Part shown: piece after piece, positions 17,787 through 27,416 of the stretch
Numbering within the stretch: the first letter of the stretch is position 1
Layout of the letters: the number at the start of each line of letters is the position of its first letter
From: Gemmatimonadales bacterium
GTDB lineage: Bacteria; Gemmatimonadota; Gemmatimonadetes; Gemmatimonadales; GWC2-71-9
Direction: 5' to 3'
NCBI GenBank assembly: GCA_038321865.1
Contig: JBBQFH010000005.1
Location: 11,237 to 75,236 of the forward strand
Length of the DNA: 64,000 nt
Position numbers and translations under genes: made by a program
Notes under the pieces: generated by a model
The model's database searches: none
The model's input: the letters and a program-made list of their open reading frames with translations, nothing else
What the model was told of the DNA's origin: nothing

Positions 17787-19457
17787 TCAGGGTGACGCCG
17801 GTGCCGCCGTCACGTAGAACTCCGGATCGACCCTGAGCACCGTCCCCGCCGCCAGCTTCGAGTCCGCCGTCTGCCACTGCTCCGTCGGCTTCACCTTCAC
17901 ATAGCCTTCCTCCGCCACCCCGATCCGCACCGGCATCGCGAAGCCCGGCACCACGTTGGTCCACCGGTACGAGAGCCTGGCCCCGTCGAACCGGTACTCC
18001 AGCACCGGGATCTTCACCGTCTCCTGATACTGCTCGAAGATCCTGGACAGGTCCACGCCCGTGGCGCTGCTCATGTAGTCGCGGATCTGCTCCGCCGTCA
18101 CCGTCTGGTGCCCGAAGTTCGCCTGCAAGCCGCGCAGCGTGGCGAGCCAGCGGGCGTCGTCGTCCACCACTGCGCGGATCGTCATCAGCATGTTGGCGCC
18201 CTTGGGGTACCGGTCCTGCGAGCGCGGCGTGTCGTTCACGCCGTAGGTCCCGATGATCGGCACGTCGTTCCGGATCATCTTCCGCGCACCCACCAGGTAC
18301 CGGTCTCCCGCCGCCTTGTCCTTCACGCACTCGACATACAGTGCCTCGGCGTACATGCCGAAGCTCTCGTGGATCCACATGTCGGCGTGGTCCTTCGCGC
18401 TCACGCTGTTGCCCCACCATTCGTGCGCGCTCTCGTGGACAATGATGTAGTCCCAGGTCATCCCCTCGCCGGTGCCCGAGAGATCGCGGCCGAGGTAGCC
18501 GGGGAGATAGCGGTTGCCGTAGGCGATGCCGCTCTGGTGCTCCATGCCGAGGTACGGCACTTCGATCAGCTTGTAGCCGTCGCGATACCAGGGATACGCG
18601 CCGAACCAGTGTTCGTGGCAGCCGAGCATCGTCTTCACCGCCGGCATCAGCTTCAGCGCGGCGTCGCGGTGCGGCGCCAGCGCCCAGAACTCAACGGTGA
18701 GCGGGCCGTTCACCCCCTTGAACTCGTCGCGCACCGGCACGTAGGCGGGGCTCGCGTTGATGGCGACGTCGTAGTTGTTGATCGGGTCGGCGACGAACCA
18801 TTCGTACGTGGTGGTCTTGTCCGGATTGTGCGTAGTGGAGCGGAGCCGGCCGTTGGAGACGTCGATCATCGGGTCGGGGATGGTGATCGCGATGCGCTGG
18901 CTGTCCGGCTCGTCCGCCGGAATGTCCTTGAGCGGCCACCAGGTGCTGGCGCCGGGTCCCTCATTCGAGGTCGCGACCCAGGGGGCGCCGGCGCTGTCCA
19001 CCGCCCAGTGGAACGGGCCGAAGCTCCGGCGGGTGGTCGTGTCGCCCGGCGCCCTGGCGTAGCTGCCGTGATACCAGACGGTCAGCGACCCGCGGGTCCC
19101 GGCCTTTGCCGCAGCCGGCAGCGTGACAAAGAACGCGTTCCCGTCGCGACGATATTGGAGCTTCGCCGCTCCCTGGACGATGCTGTCGACCTGATGCGGC
19201 GGCTGGAGATCGATCTGCATCTCGGTCGCGGGCGCCAGCACGCGGTAGGTGATCGCATTGCGGCCGGTAATGCTCGAGTCGGACGGATTTACCTTTACGT
19301 GCAGGTCATAGAACTCGGCGTCCCACCAGGCGCGGCCCGGTCCGTTCGAGCCGCGGAGGGTGTCGGCGTGGGTGAAGACCCGCGGCGTCTGGGCCCGGGC
19401 GGCGGGCGCCAGGGCAAGCGTGGCGGCAAGCAGGGTGACGGGTAGAGCGTGTCGCAT
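17787..19457 (-). CDS. M1 family zinc aminopeptidase (secreted)
   Basis: Signal peptide; LGMEHQ; HESAHEWWGN..WIHESF; YPKGA. Confidence 0.92.
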   Translation of the reverse strand: MRHALPVTLLAATLALAPAARAQTPRVFTHADTLRGSNGPGRAWWDAEFYDLHVKVNPSDSSITGRNAITYRVLAPATEMQIDLQPPHQVDSIVQGAAKLQYRRDGNAFFVTLPAAAKAGTRGSLTVWYHGSYARAPGDTTTRRSFGPFHWAVDSAGAPWVATSNEGPGASTWWPLKDIPADEPDSQRIAITIPDPMIDVSNGRLRSTTHNPDKTTTYEWFVADPINNYDVAINASPAYVPVRDEFKGVNGPLTVEFWALAPHRDAALKLMPAVKTMLGCHEHWFGAYPWYRDGYKLIEVPYLGMEHQSGIAYGNRYLPGYLGRDLSGTGEGMTWDYIIVHESAHEWWGNSVSAKDHADMWIHESFGMYAEALYVECVKDKAAGDRYLVGARKMIRNDVPIIGTYGVNDTPRSQDRYPKGANMLMTIRAVVDDDARWLATLRGLQANFGHQTVTAEQIRDYMSSATGVDLSRIFEQYQETVKIPVLEYRFDGARLSYRWTNVVPGFAMPVRIGVAEEGYVKVKPTEQWQTADSKLAAGTVLRVDPEFYVTAAPASP

Positions 19458-19614
19458 CGGAATCCCGTGGGAAAGGAGGCGGAAACGGCGCGCCTGAACG
19501 CTAGGCTGGCCGCCGCCGCACGACAACGGCTGGCCCGCGCGTGTCATCCTCCCGTCATCTATCCGGTCTAGGTTCACGGCCCGCTCCACGCTCGCATCCG
19601 ATCCGGGAGAATTC

Positions 19615-22038
19615 TTGACGGTACCGATCCGCCCGCTCGCCGCTTCGCTGCTGCTCCTCCTCGGTTTCCATTCCCGCGCCATCGCGCAGGGCGGCATGCA
19701 TGGACGGGTGGTGGACGCCGCCACCCGGGCATCGATCGGCGGGGCCCTGGTGACCATCGTGCCCGCCGGCGCGACGTCCGCCGCCGCCTCGACCACCAGC
19801 GCCGGCGATGGCACCTTCCGTATCGGCGGGCTCCGGTCGGGACGCTACCTCGCCCGCGTCCGGGCGATCGGGTACCGACCGGTCGAGGTAACGTCCATCG
19901 CGATCTCTGCCCCGGACTTCGACCTCCGCACGGTGGCGATGGCCGCATCCGCGGTCGAGCTCCCGCCGGTTCAGGTCACCGCGCCGGAACAGGCGGTGCA
20001 GCTCGCACCCGACCGCAACACCTACGTCACCCGCGACATGGCGACCACCCGCGGCGGCACCGCGCTCGACGTGCTGCGGAACGTGCCCACGGTGGACGTG
20101 GACATCGACAACAACGTGAGCCTCCGTGGTGATCCGGGCGTGGTGGTGCAGATCAACGGCCGGCCGAGCCCGCTGAAGGCCGCGCAGCTCGGCAACTACC
20201 TGGCCCAGCTGCCGGCCGACATGGTGGACAAGGTGGAGATCGTCACCAACCCCTCGGCCCGGGAGAATCCGGAAGGGGTCGCCGGCATCATCAACATCGT
20301 GCTGAAGCAGAAGCCCGAGGCCGGAGCCAGCGGCGCGGTCACCATCGGCGGGTCGACCCGCGGGCACGCCGATGCCGGGGGCAACGCGGGCTTCGAGCAC
20401 GGGCCGCTGACTTTCTATGGCAGCTACGGATTCTTTCGCGAGAACCGGCCCCGGACCGAGTCGCTGTTCCGGGAGAATCTCTTTCTCGATCCGGTCACCT
20501 ATCTCGACGAGAGTGGCCTTCGCACCCAGGTCCAGCGCGCGCACACCTTCACCACCACCGCGGGATATCAGCTCGGCGAGCACGATCAGCTCTCGCTTGA
20601 AAACCTGTTCACCACCCGGCACGAGGACGAGGTCCGCACCATCCTCTACCGCGATCTGAATGCGGCGCGGGATACCACCGGGCTGAGCGACCGCGTGACC
20701 ACCGGCATCAACCACGAGCTGGAGCTGGAGACGACGCTGGGCTGGGAGCACGCCTTTGCCGGCGACGAGCACAAACTCACCAGCGAGGTCCATCTCGTCC
20801 GGGGGCAGGAGGACGGCCCGCAGTCCGTCGTAGCTCGCGCGCTGACGCTCGCCGGTGACCCGGCGGCCGTCACGGCGCGGGAATCCCAGGCGAGCCTGGA
20901 CCACAGCGCCGAGAGCTCGTTCAAGGCGGATTACGCCAGGCCGCTGGCGGGACACCTGCAGCTCGAAGCGGGCTACAGGGGATCGTTCCAGCGCTTCCAC
21001 ACCTCGCTCGACACGCAGGTCTTCGATACGACGCAGGCCCTGTATGTTCCCGATCCGGCCCGCATCAACGACTTCACCTACCACCAGAACGTCCACGCCG
21101 TCTACGGCATCGTGGACGCCCAGCCCGGAAAATTCGTGATGCAGGCCGGCGCCCGCGTGGAGCACGCGTCCACCCATTTTCACCTGACGAACGCCGGCAC
21201 CACCTACGACAATGGCTACAACAGCGTCTTTCCGAGTGCGCTGGTCGCCTACAATTTCGACGAGTTCCGCCAAGTCAAGCTGAGCTACTCGACCCGCATC
21301 CGGCGGCCCGACGACACCGATCTGCTGGACCCGACACCGCACTTCGCCGATCCGCTCAACCTCTCGATCGGCAACCCGAACCTGAAGCCCGAGTACATTC
21401 GCGCCTTCGAGCTCGGACTGCAGCGGAGGGCCGGCCGCATGACGGTCCAGCTGACGCCGTACTACCGGCACACCCTCGACGCCGTCCGCTCCATCCGCAC
21501 CATCGACACCCTGGGCGTCACGACGCGCACCTTCGCCAACATCGCGTCGAGCGACGCGTACGGCGGGGATGCGACCCTCGCCCTGAACGGCGGCCGCCTG
21601 AGCGGGTTCCTGAGCGCCAGCGCGTTCCGGCAGGTGAGTAACGCGCCCGACCTCGGGCCCGGCTTTGCGATTCGGACCTTCGGCTGGTCGGTCCGGACCA
21701 ACGCGTCGTTCCGCGTCTCCCCCTCGCTCGACTGGCAGGTCTTGCTGGCGTACCAGGCGCCGATGACGGTCGAGCAGGGCCGGAACGGGAGCCGGACCCG
21801 ATTCAGCTTCGCCGCGCGGCAGAAGCTGATGGCCGACCGGATGAGCGTTACCTTTCGCGTGATCGATCCGTTCAACGTGTCGAAGGAGACATCCACGACC
21901 GTCGATCCGCAATTCACGCTCTCATCGGTGCGCCGGCGCGCCATCCGGGCCCTCCAGCTCAACGTGACCTGGATGTTCGGTCAGCCGCCGAAGAAGGCGC
22001 ACGCGCCCGGCGATCTCCTCGGCCCGGACGCGGGGTGA
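19615..22038 (+). CDS. TonB-dependent receptor with carboxypeptidase-regulatory-like N-terminal domain
   Basis: GRVVDA.T, IGYRP, plug region ALDVLRNVP.V...KVEIVTNPSA...EGVAGIINIVLK, GNPNLKPE. Confidence 0.9.
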   Translation: MTVPIRPLAASLLLLLGFHSRAIAQGGMHGRVVDAATRASIGGALVTIVPAGATSAAASTTSAGDGTFRIGGLRSGRYLARVRAIGYRPVEVTSIAISAPDFDLRTVAMAASAVELPPVQVTAPEQAVQLAPDRNTYVTRDMATTRGGTALDVLRNVPTVDVDIDNNVSLRGDPGVVVQINGRPSPLKAAQLGNYLAQLPADMVDKVEIVTNPSARENPEGVAGIINIVLKQKPEAGASGAVTIGGSTRGHADAGGNAGFEHGPLTFYGSYGFFRENRPRTESLFRENLFLDPVTYLDESGLRTQVQRAHTFTTTAGYQLGEHDQLSLENLFTTRHEDEVRTILYRDLNAARDTTGLSDRVTTGINHELELETTLGWEHAFAGDEHKLTSEVHLVRGQEDGPQSVVARALTLAGDPAAVTARESQASLDHSAESSFKADYARPLAGHLQLEAGYRGSFQRFHTSLDTQVFDTTQALYVPDPARINDFTYHQNVHAVYGIVDAQPGKFVMQAGARVEHASTHFHLTNAGTTYDNGYNSVFPSALVAYNFDEFRQVKLSYSTRIRRPDDTDLLDPTPHFADPLNLSIGNPNLKPEYIRAFELGLQRRAGRMTVQLTPYYRHTLDAVRSIRTIDTLGVTTRTFANIASSDAYGGDATLALNGGRLSGFLSASAFRQVSNAPDLGPGFAIRTFGWSVRTNASFRVSPSLDWQVLLAYQAPMTVEQGRNGSRTRFSFAARQKLMADRMSVTFRVIDPFNVSKETSTTVDPQFTLSSVRRRAIRALQLNVTWMFGQPPKKAHAPGDLLGPDAG

Positions 22039-22138
22039 GCGGCCGCCTCCGCGCGATACCTCATAGGGTGCGGACGGTGATAGCTTCATGCTGCAGGGTG
22101 CTTCCCTCGCACGACCCATATCCAGCCAGGAGGTTTGC

Positions 22139-22342
22139 ATGTCCGTCGCCAAGATCACCGAAATTCAATCATCCTCGAAGAAGAGCTTCGACGAGGCGCT
22201 CCTGACCGGCATCGCGCGGGCCGAGAAGACGCTGCGGAATCTCACCGGCGCGTGGGTCAAGAGCCAGAAGGTCGTGATCGAGAAGGGCAAGATCACCGAG
22301 TACCGGATTCTCCTGAAGGTGTCCTTCGTGCTGAACGACTGA
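22139..22342 (+). CDS. Dodecin family flavin-binding protein
   Basis: MSVAKITEI...S.KSFDEA...GI.RA.KTLRN...AWVK.QKV....GKITEYR..LKVSFVL; AGGAGG RBS. Confidence 0.9.
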   Translation: MSVAKITEIQSSSKKSFDEALLTGIARAEKTLRNLTGAWVKSQKVVIEKGKITEYRILLKVSFVLND

Positions 22343-22348
22343 ACTGAC

Positions 22349-24397
22349 ATGAATCGCCTGCTCGGCGCGCTCGCGCTCGCGCTCGCGCTCGCCGCGGCCG
22401 CGCCGCTCACGGCCCAGCATGCCACCCTGGGCCTCGACACCGCCGGCATGGACCGCTCGGTCCGCCCCGGCGACGATTTCGTCCGCTATGCCGGCGGCCG
22501 GTGGTTCGACCGCACCGTGATCCCGGCCGACCGAAGCGGCTACGGCGCATCCAGCATCTCGGCCGAGGTGGCGGAGAGGCAGGTGACCGCCGTGGTCCGT
22601 GGCGCCGCGGCGGCCCACGCGCCGGCGGGCTCCGACCTCCGCCGGATCGCGGATTTCTACGCGAGCTTCGTCGATACGACCGCGATCACGACGGCCGGCC
22701 TCACCCCGCTCCAGCCGCAGCTCGCGCGCATCACTGCGATCAACGACCGCACGGCACTGGCGCGCTTCATCGGTGCAACGCTCCGGGCCGATGTGGACGT
22801 CATCAACGACGGCGCGCTCCACACCGACAACCTCTTCGGCCTCTGGGTGGACCAGGATTTCGACGATCCGGCTCGCAACTCCGCCGCGCTGCTGCAGGGC
22901 GGCCTCGCCATGCCTGACCGGAGCTACTACCTCGACACGTCACCGTCGATGGAGCGGATCCGGAAGGCGTACCGCACGCACGTCGCCACGATGCTTTCGC
23001 TGGCCGGGATCGCCGAGCCGGAGCTGAAGGCCGACGCGATCCTCCAGCTGGAAACCAGGATCGCCGGCACGCACTGGAAGCGGGAGGACAGCTGGGACGT
23101 GGTCAAGGGCAACAATCACTGGGTCCGGGCCGATTTCATGAAGAAGGCACCCGGGCTCGACTGGGACGCCTTCTTCTCCGCCGCCCGGCTCGGCGACATC
23201 CCCGTCTTCGTCGCCTGGCAGCCGAGCGCCATTACCGGGCTCTCCGCGCTGGCGGCGAGCGAGCCGCTCGACGCATGGAAGGCACTCCTGACCTATCACG
23301 CGATCGAGCACGCGGCGCGCGTGCTGCCGGTGGCGTTCGACCGTGAGGCGTTCGCTTTCTTCGGCCGGACGCTGAGCGGCGCGCCGGAACAGACCCCGCG
23401 CGCCAAACGGGCGATCCAGGCCACCAGCGCGGCACTCGGCTTCGCGGTCGGCCGGCTGTATGTCGAGCGGTACTTCCCGCCCAGCGCCAAGCGGCGTGCC
23501 GAGGTGATGGTGGCCGGCATCATCCGGGCGCTCGACGCGCGGATCGTGCGGCTGGCGTGGATGGCGCCCGCGACCAAGGCGGAGGCGCGGGCGAAACTCC
23601 GGACGCTGCGGGTGAGTGTCGGGTATCCTGACCAGTGGCCGGACTACACCGGACTCGACATCGCCGCCGGGGATGCGTACGGCAACGCCGAACGGCTGGA
23701 GCAGTTCCAGTACGACCGGAATCTCGCCAAGCTGCACCGGCCCACCGACCGCACCGAGTGGTCCATGACGCCGCAGCTGGTCAACGCGGTGAACATGCCG
23801 GCGATGAACGCGATGAACTTCCCCGCGGCGATCCTCCAGCCGCCGTTCTTCGACCCGTCCCGGCCCGAGGTGATGAACTACGCGGCGATCGGCGCGGTGA
23901 TCGGCCACGAGATCAGCCACAGCTTCGACAACCTCGGCGCCAACTTCGACGCCCACGGCCGGCTCCGGAACTGGTGGACGCCGGAGGACCTGGCCCACTT
24001 CAATGCGGGGGCCGAGCAGCTGGTGCGACAGTACGACGCCTACCGGCCGTTTCCCGACCTCGCCGTGAACGGCAAGCTCACCCTGACCGAGAACCTCGCC
24101 GATCTCGCCGGCCTCACCGCGGCGTACGACGCCTACCGCGCATCGCTCCATGGGAAGAAGTCGCCGACGATCGCGGGACTCACCGGCGATCAGCAGTTCT
24201 TTCTGAGCTTTGCCCAGATCTGGCGGACCAAGTCGCGCGACGCCATGCTGCGCCAGCGGGTGCTGACCGACGGCCACTCGCCGGCCCAGTACCGCACGCT
24301 CACGGTGCGAAACATCGACGCGTGGTACCAGGCGTTCGGCGTGCGGCCGGGGCAGGCGGAGTATCTGGCGCCGGGGGATCGGGTGCGGATCTGGTGA
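22349..24397 (+). CDS. M13 family metallopeptidase (neprilysin/PepO-like)
   Basis: MD.SVRPGDDF, VNAVN, FPAAILQPPFF, GHEISHSFD, ENLAD. Confidence 0.93.
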   Translation: MNRLLGALALALALAAAAPLTAQHATLGLDTAGMDRSVRPGDDFVRYAGGRWFDRTVIPADRSGYGASSISAEVAERQVTAVVRGAAAAHAPAGSDLRRIADFYASFVDTTAITTAGLTPLQPQLARITAINDRTALARFIGATLRADVDVINDGALHTDNLFGLWVDQDFDDPARNSAALLQGGLAMPDRSYYLDTSPSMERIRKAYRTHVATMLSLAGIAEPELKADAILQLETRIAGTHWKREDSWDVVKGNNHWVRADFMKKAPGLDWDAFFSAARLGDIPVFVAWQPSAITGLSALAASEPLDAWKALLTYHAIEHAARVLPVAFDREAFAFFGRTLSGAPEQTPRAKRAIQATSAALGFAVGRLYVERYFPPSAKRRAEVMVAGIIRALDARIVRLAWMAPATKAEARAKLRTLRVSVGYPDQWPDYTGLDIAAGDAYGNAERLEQFQYDRNLAKLHRPTDRTEWSMTPQLVNAVNMPAMNAMNFPAAILQPPFFDPSRPEVMNYAAIGAVIGHEISHSFDNLGANFDAHGRLRNWWTPEDLAHFNAGAEQLVRQYDAYRPFPDLAVNGKLTLTENLADLAGLTAAYDAYRASLHGKKSPTIAGLTGDQQFFLSFAQIWRTKSRDAMLRQRVLTDGHSPAQYRTLTVRNIDAWYQAFGVRPGQAEYLAPGDRVRIW

Positions 24398-24404
24398 CGT
24401 CGCC

Positions 24405-24806
24405 ATGACAGCGCCGGCCGAACGCTGGTCCATCGCCCCGTATTTCATCGTGGACGACGTCATCTCCACCGCCGCCTGGTACCGTGACATGCTCGGTTTC
24501 GGCTACGAGCGGCTCTGGGGCGAGCCGCCCGCGTTCTGCATGGTCCGGCGGAGCGGCGTCGTCATCATGCTGGCCCAGCTGGAGCAGGTTGGTGTCATGC
24601 GCCCGAACCGCACGGTGAACCCGGAAGCAGCCGCCTGGGATGCCTACATCTTGGTGGCGGATGCCACCGCGCCCCGCGATGAGTTCGCGTCGCGCGGCGT
24701 TACGGTGGTGCGGGATCTCTGCGATCAGGTCTACGGATGCCGGGATTTCGAAATCGACGACTGGAACGGGTACCGCCTCTGTTTCGGCCAGGATCTCAAC
24801 CGATGA
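24405..24806 (+). CDS. VOC/glyoxalase/bleomycin-resistance family protein
   Basis: WYRDMLGF, YGCRDF.IDD.NGYRLCFGQ. Confidence 0.8.
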   Translation: MTAPAERWSIAPYFIVDDVISTAAWYRDMLGFGYERLWGEPPAFCMVRRSGVVIMLAQLEQVGVMRPNRTVNPEAAAWDAYILVADATAPRDEFASRGVTVVRDLCDQVYGCRDFEIDDWNGYRLCFGQDLNR

Positions 24807-24827
24807 CGCCGTCGGTCAGCACGTGAA

Positions 24828-25979
24828 ATGATTCGGACACTCGCGTTGCTGCTCGCCGCCACGATGGCGGCCACCGCAGAGGCACAGTCCACCTGTCGCA
24901 CGGCATTCGCCGACTCGGTATCGGTGCGCGAGCTTCGTGCGTTCGACCGCGTGGCGGCCGTCCCGCCCGTCTGGGACGGCTACCGCCTGGCGCGGCACCC
25001 GCTGCTCCTGCTGGCGGATTCGACGCACCACGGAGGACCAGTCACGCCGGTGTGCGCAGCCATCTGGAAGGCAGGCGCGCGGCTCCGGATCGTCGAGCTC
25101 GCGGCGCGCCCCGCGTTCTCCACTGCGCTCTACGGCATGATCGACCTCGATCCCGTCGGGCCGCACGCCCGGAATGCCACCGAGCTGGCCGCCGCCTTCC
25201 ACCAGCCCACTCCCGTCGTTGCCTCGGCGCTGCGCGCGCAGGGCGTGCGCCGCGCCATCGTGCTGAACGTCCCGCTCGATTTCGGGCCGCTCGGCGCGCT
25301 CGGCCGGATGCTCACGACGATGAAGGCCGACCCCGCTCTCCTCCACGCCGATCTCGCCGTGCACGAGAGCTTTCACCTGCACACACAATTCCCCGCGTGG
25401 CTCGATCAGCATCGGACCTACGCATGGCCCGCCTGGGACGTCCAGCCCGACCGCCGGCAGCTCCGTGAGCGATGCTACGCCGGCACGACGGAGCTGTCCG
25501 CGGCGCTCGAGTCCGAGATCGGGACGCTGCTGGCGGCATTCGACGCGCTCTATGCCGACTCCGCCAGCCCGGATCCCGTCCTCGCGCTGGCTCATGCACG
25601 CCGCTTCGTGGACGCGCGCGCGGCGCGCCGGAGGCTGCAGGACACCATGAGCGTCGCGCGGGGTGCCACCCGGATTTCCTGCGCGCTGGCCGAGGACCTG
25701 ATGGAGCTCGAGGAAGGGACGACCCAGTGGATCGGTCACGCGACGACGGTTCGCGCGGGACTGACCACGCTGGCGCGGCAGCGCGGTTCATATGCGGGAA
25801 AGCAGCCGGACGCGTACTATCGGACCGGGCCGCTGCAGCTCTGGATTCTCGAGGGGCTGCTGGGCCGCGACGCGATGCGGCGCGTCACCGCGTCCATCGC
25901 ACGCTCGGCTGGCCCGGATGGCGGCGTGTTCGGGCAGTTCGCGCAGCGGACGCTCGTGCTGGCGGACGCGCGGAAATAG
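24828..25979 (+). CDS. Secreted hypothetical protein, putative zinc metallopeptidase
   Basis: Signal peptide; VHESFHLHTQ, distal ELEEGTTQW, YYRTG. Confidence 0.65.
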   Translation: MIRTLALLLAATMAATAEAQSTCRTAFADSVSVRELRAFDRVAAVPPVWDGYRLARHPLLLLADSTHHGGPVTPVCAAIWKAGARLRIVELAARPAFSTALYGMIDLDPVGPHARNATELAAAFHQPTPVVASALRAQGVRRAIVLNVPLDFGPLGALGRMLTTMKADPALLHADLAVHESFHLHTQFPAWLDQHRTYAWPAWDVQPDRRQLRERCYAGTTELSAALESEIGTLLAAFDALYADSASPDPVLALAHARRFVDARAARRRLQDTMSVARGATRISCALAEDLMELEEGTTQWIGHATTVRAGLTTLARQRGSYAGKQPDAYYRTGPLQLWILEGLLGRDAMRRVTASIARSAGPDGGVFGQFAQRTLVLADARK

Positions 25980-26006
25980 CCCATGCTTCCAACGACAGAG
26001 GACGCG

Positions 26007-27416
26007 ATGACGGCAGTTCCCGACCGGCAGCAGGCCACCCTCGAACGGGCGACCGAGCTCGCGGTCGCCTTTCTCGAATCGCTCGACGCGGCACCGGTGG
26101 CCGCGACGACGTCGCTCGCTGAGCTGCGCCGGCGCTTCGCGGTGGAGTTGCCCGCCGAGGGCGTTGATCCCGTCACCGTCATCGACGACCTGGCGCGCGA
26201 TACCGACGGCGGATTGCTCGGCAGCGCCGGCGGGCGGTTCTACGGATGGGTGATCGGCGCCGGCCTGCCCGCCTCGCTCGCGGCCGACTGGCTCACCGCA
26301 ACGTGGGACCAGAACGCCGGCCTCTACGCCTGCAGCCCTGCGGCGGCCGTCGTCGAGGAGGTCTGCGGCACCTGGCTCAAGGACGTGCTCGGGCTCCCGC
26401 CCTCGGCATCGTTCGCGCTGGTCACCGGCTGCCAGATGGCGCACGTGACCTGTCTCGCGGCGGCGCGGCATGCGGTGCTCGCGCGTGTGGGGTGGGACGT
26501 GAACCGTGACGGATTGCCCGGAGCGCCGCCCATCCGCATCATCACCTCCGCCGAGGTGCACGGCACCTGCACCCGCGCGGCCAAACTGCTCGGGCTCGGC
26601 ACCTCGAACATGCTGGTGCTGCCGAGCGACGCGGCCGGGCGCCTGCCCGCGGCGGCGCTGCGAGAGGCCCTCGCGGCCGATCCCGGCCGGCCCACGATCG
26701 TCATCCTCCAGGCGGGCGACGTGAACTGCGGCGTTTTCGACGAATTTCCCGAGCTGATCGCCATCGCGCACGAGGCCCGGGCATGGGTCCACATCGACGG
26801 CGCCATGGGACTCTGGTGCAACGCGACACCCGCACTCCGGCACCTGCTGGCCGGCGCCGAGCGGGCCGACTCGTGGGCGACCGACGGCCACAAGTGGCTC
26901 AACGTGCCGTACGACTGCGGCTACGCGTTCGTGGCGCACCCGGAGCACCATCGCGCCGGAATGGAGCACCGCGCCAGCTACCTGGTGCACGCCGAAGACG
27001 CGCGGGACGAGCTCGACTGGACGCCAGAGCATTCGCGCCGCGCCCGCGGCTTCGCCACCTGGGCGGCGCTCCGGGAGCTCGGCCGCTCGGGCCTCGCCGA
27101 CCTGATCGAGCGCTGCTGCCGGCATGCGTACGATATCGTGACCCGGATCGGCGCGCTGTCGGGTGCGCAGGTCGTATCCGTGCCGCAGATCAATCAGGGC
27201 CTCGTGCGCTTTCATGACACGCAGCCCGGCGCGACCGCCCGGGACCACGACCGCCGCACCGACGAGGTGATGGCCGCCATCAACGCCACCGGCGAGGCGT
27301 TCTTCACCGGGACCACCTGGCGGGGAATGCGCTGCATGCGCGTCTCTGTCTCCAGCTGGCGCACCACCGCAGGCGACGTGGACCGCGCGGTGGCGGCGGC
27401 GGCGCGGGTGCTGTGA
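26007..27416 (+). CDS. PLP-dependent group II decarboxylase (aromatic-L-amino-acid decarboxylase-like)
   Basis: RFYGWVIG, WDQNAG, WVHIDGAMG, DSWATDGHKWLNVPYDCG (PLP Lys), SRRARGF; start 25983 or 26007. Confidence 0.9.
   Translation: MTAVPDRQQATLERATELAVAFLESLDAAPVAATTSLAELRRRFAVELPAEGVDPVTVIDDLARDTDGGLLGSAGGRFYGWVIGAGLPASLAADWLTATWDQNAGLYACSPAAAVVEEVCGTWLKDVLGLPPSASFALVTGCQMAHVTCLAAARHAVLARVGWDVNRDGLPGAPPIRIITSAEVHGTCTRAAKLLGLGTSNMLVLPSDAAGRLPAAALREALAADPGRPTIVILQAGDVNCGVFDEFPELIAIAHEARAWVHIDGAMGLWCNATPALRHLLAGAERADSWATDGHKWLNVPYDCGYAFVAHPEHHRAGMEHRASYLVHAEDARDELDWTPEHSRRARGFATWAALRELGRSGLADLIERCCRHAYDIVTRIGALSGAQVVSVPQINQGLVRFHDTQPGATARDHDRRTDEVMAAINATGEAFFTGTTWRGMRCMRVSVSSWRTTAGDVDRAVAAAARVL

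Noticed and set aside
22367-22390. (GCGCTC)4 in the M13 signal peptide
   Set aside because: Short in-frame Ala-Leu repeat, ordinary for a GC-rich signal peptide
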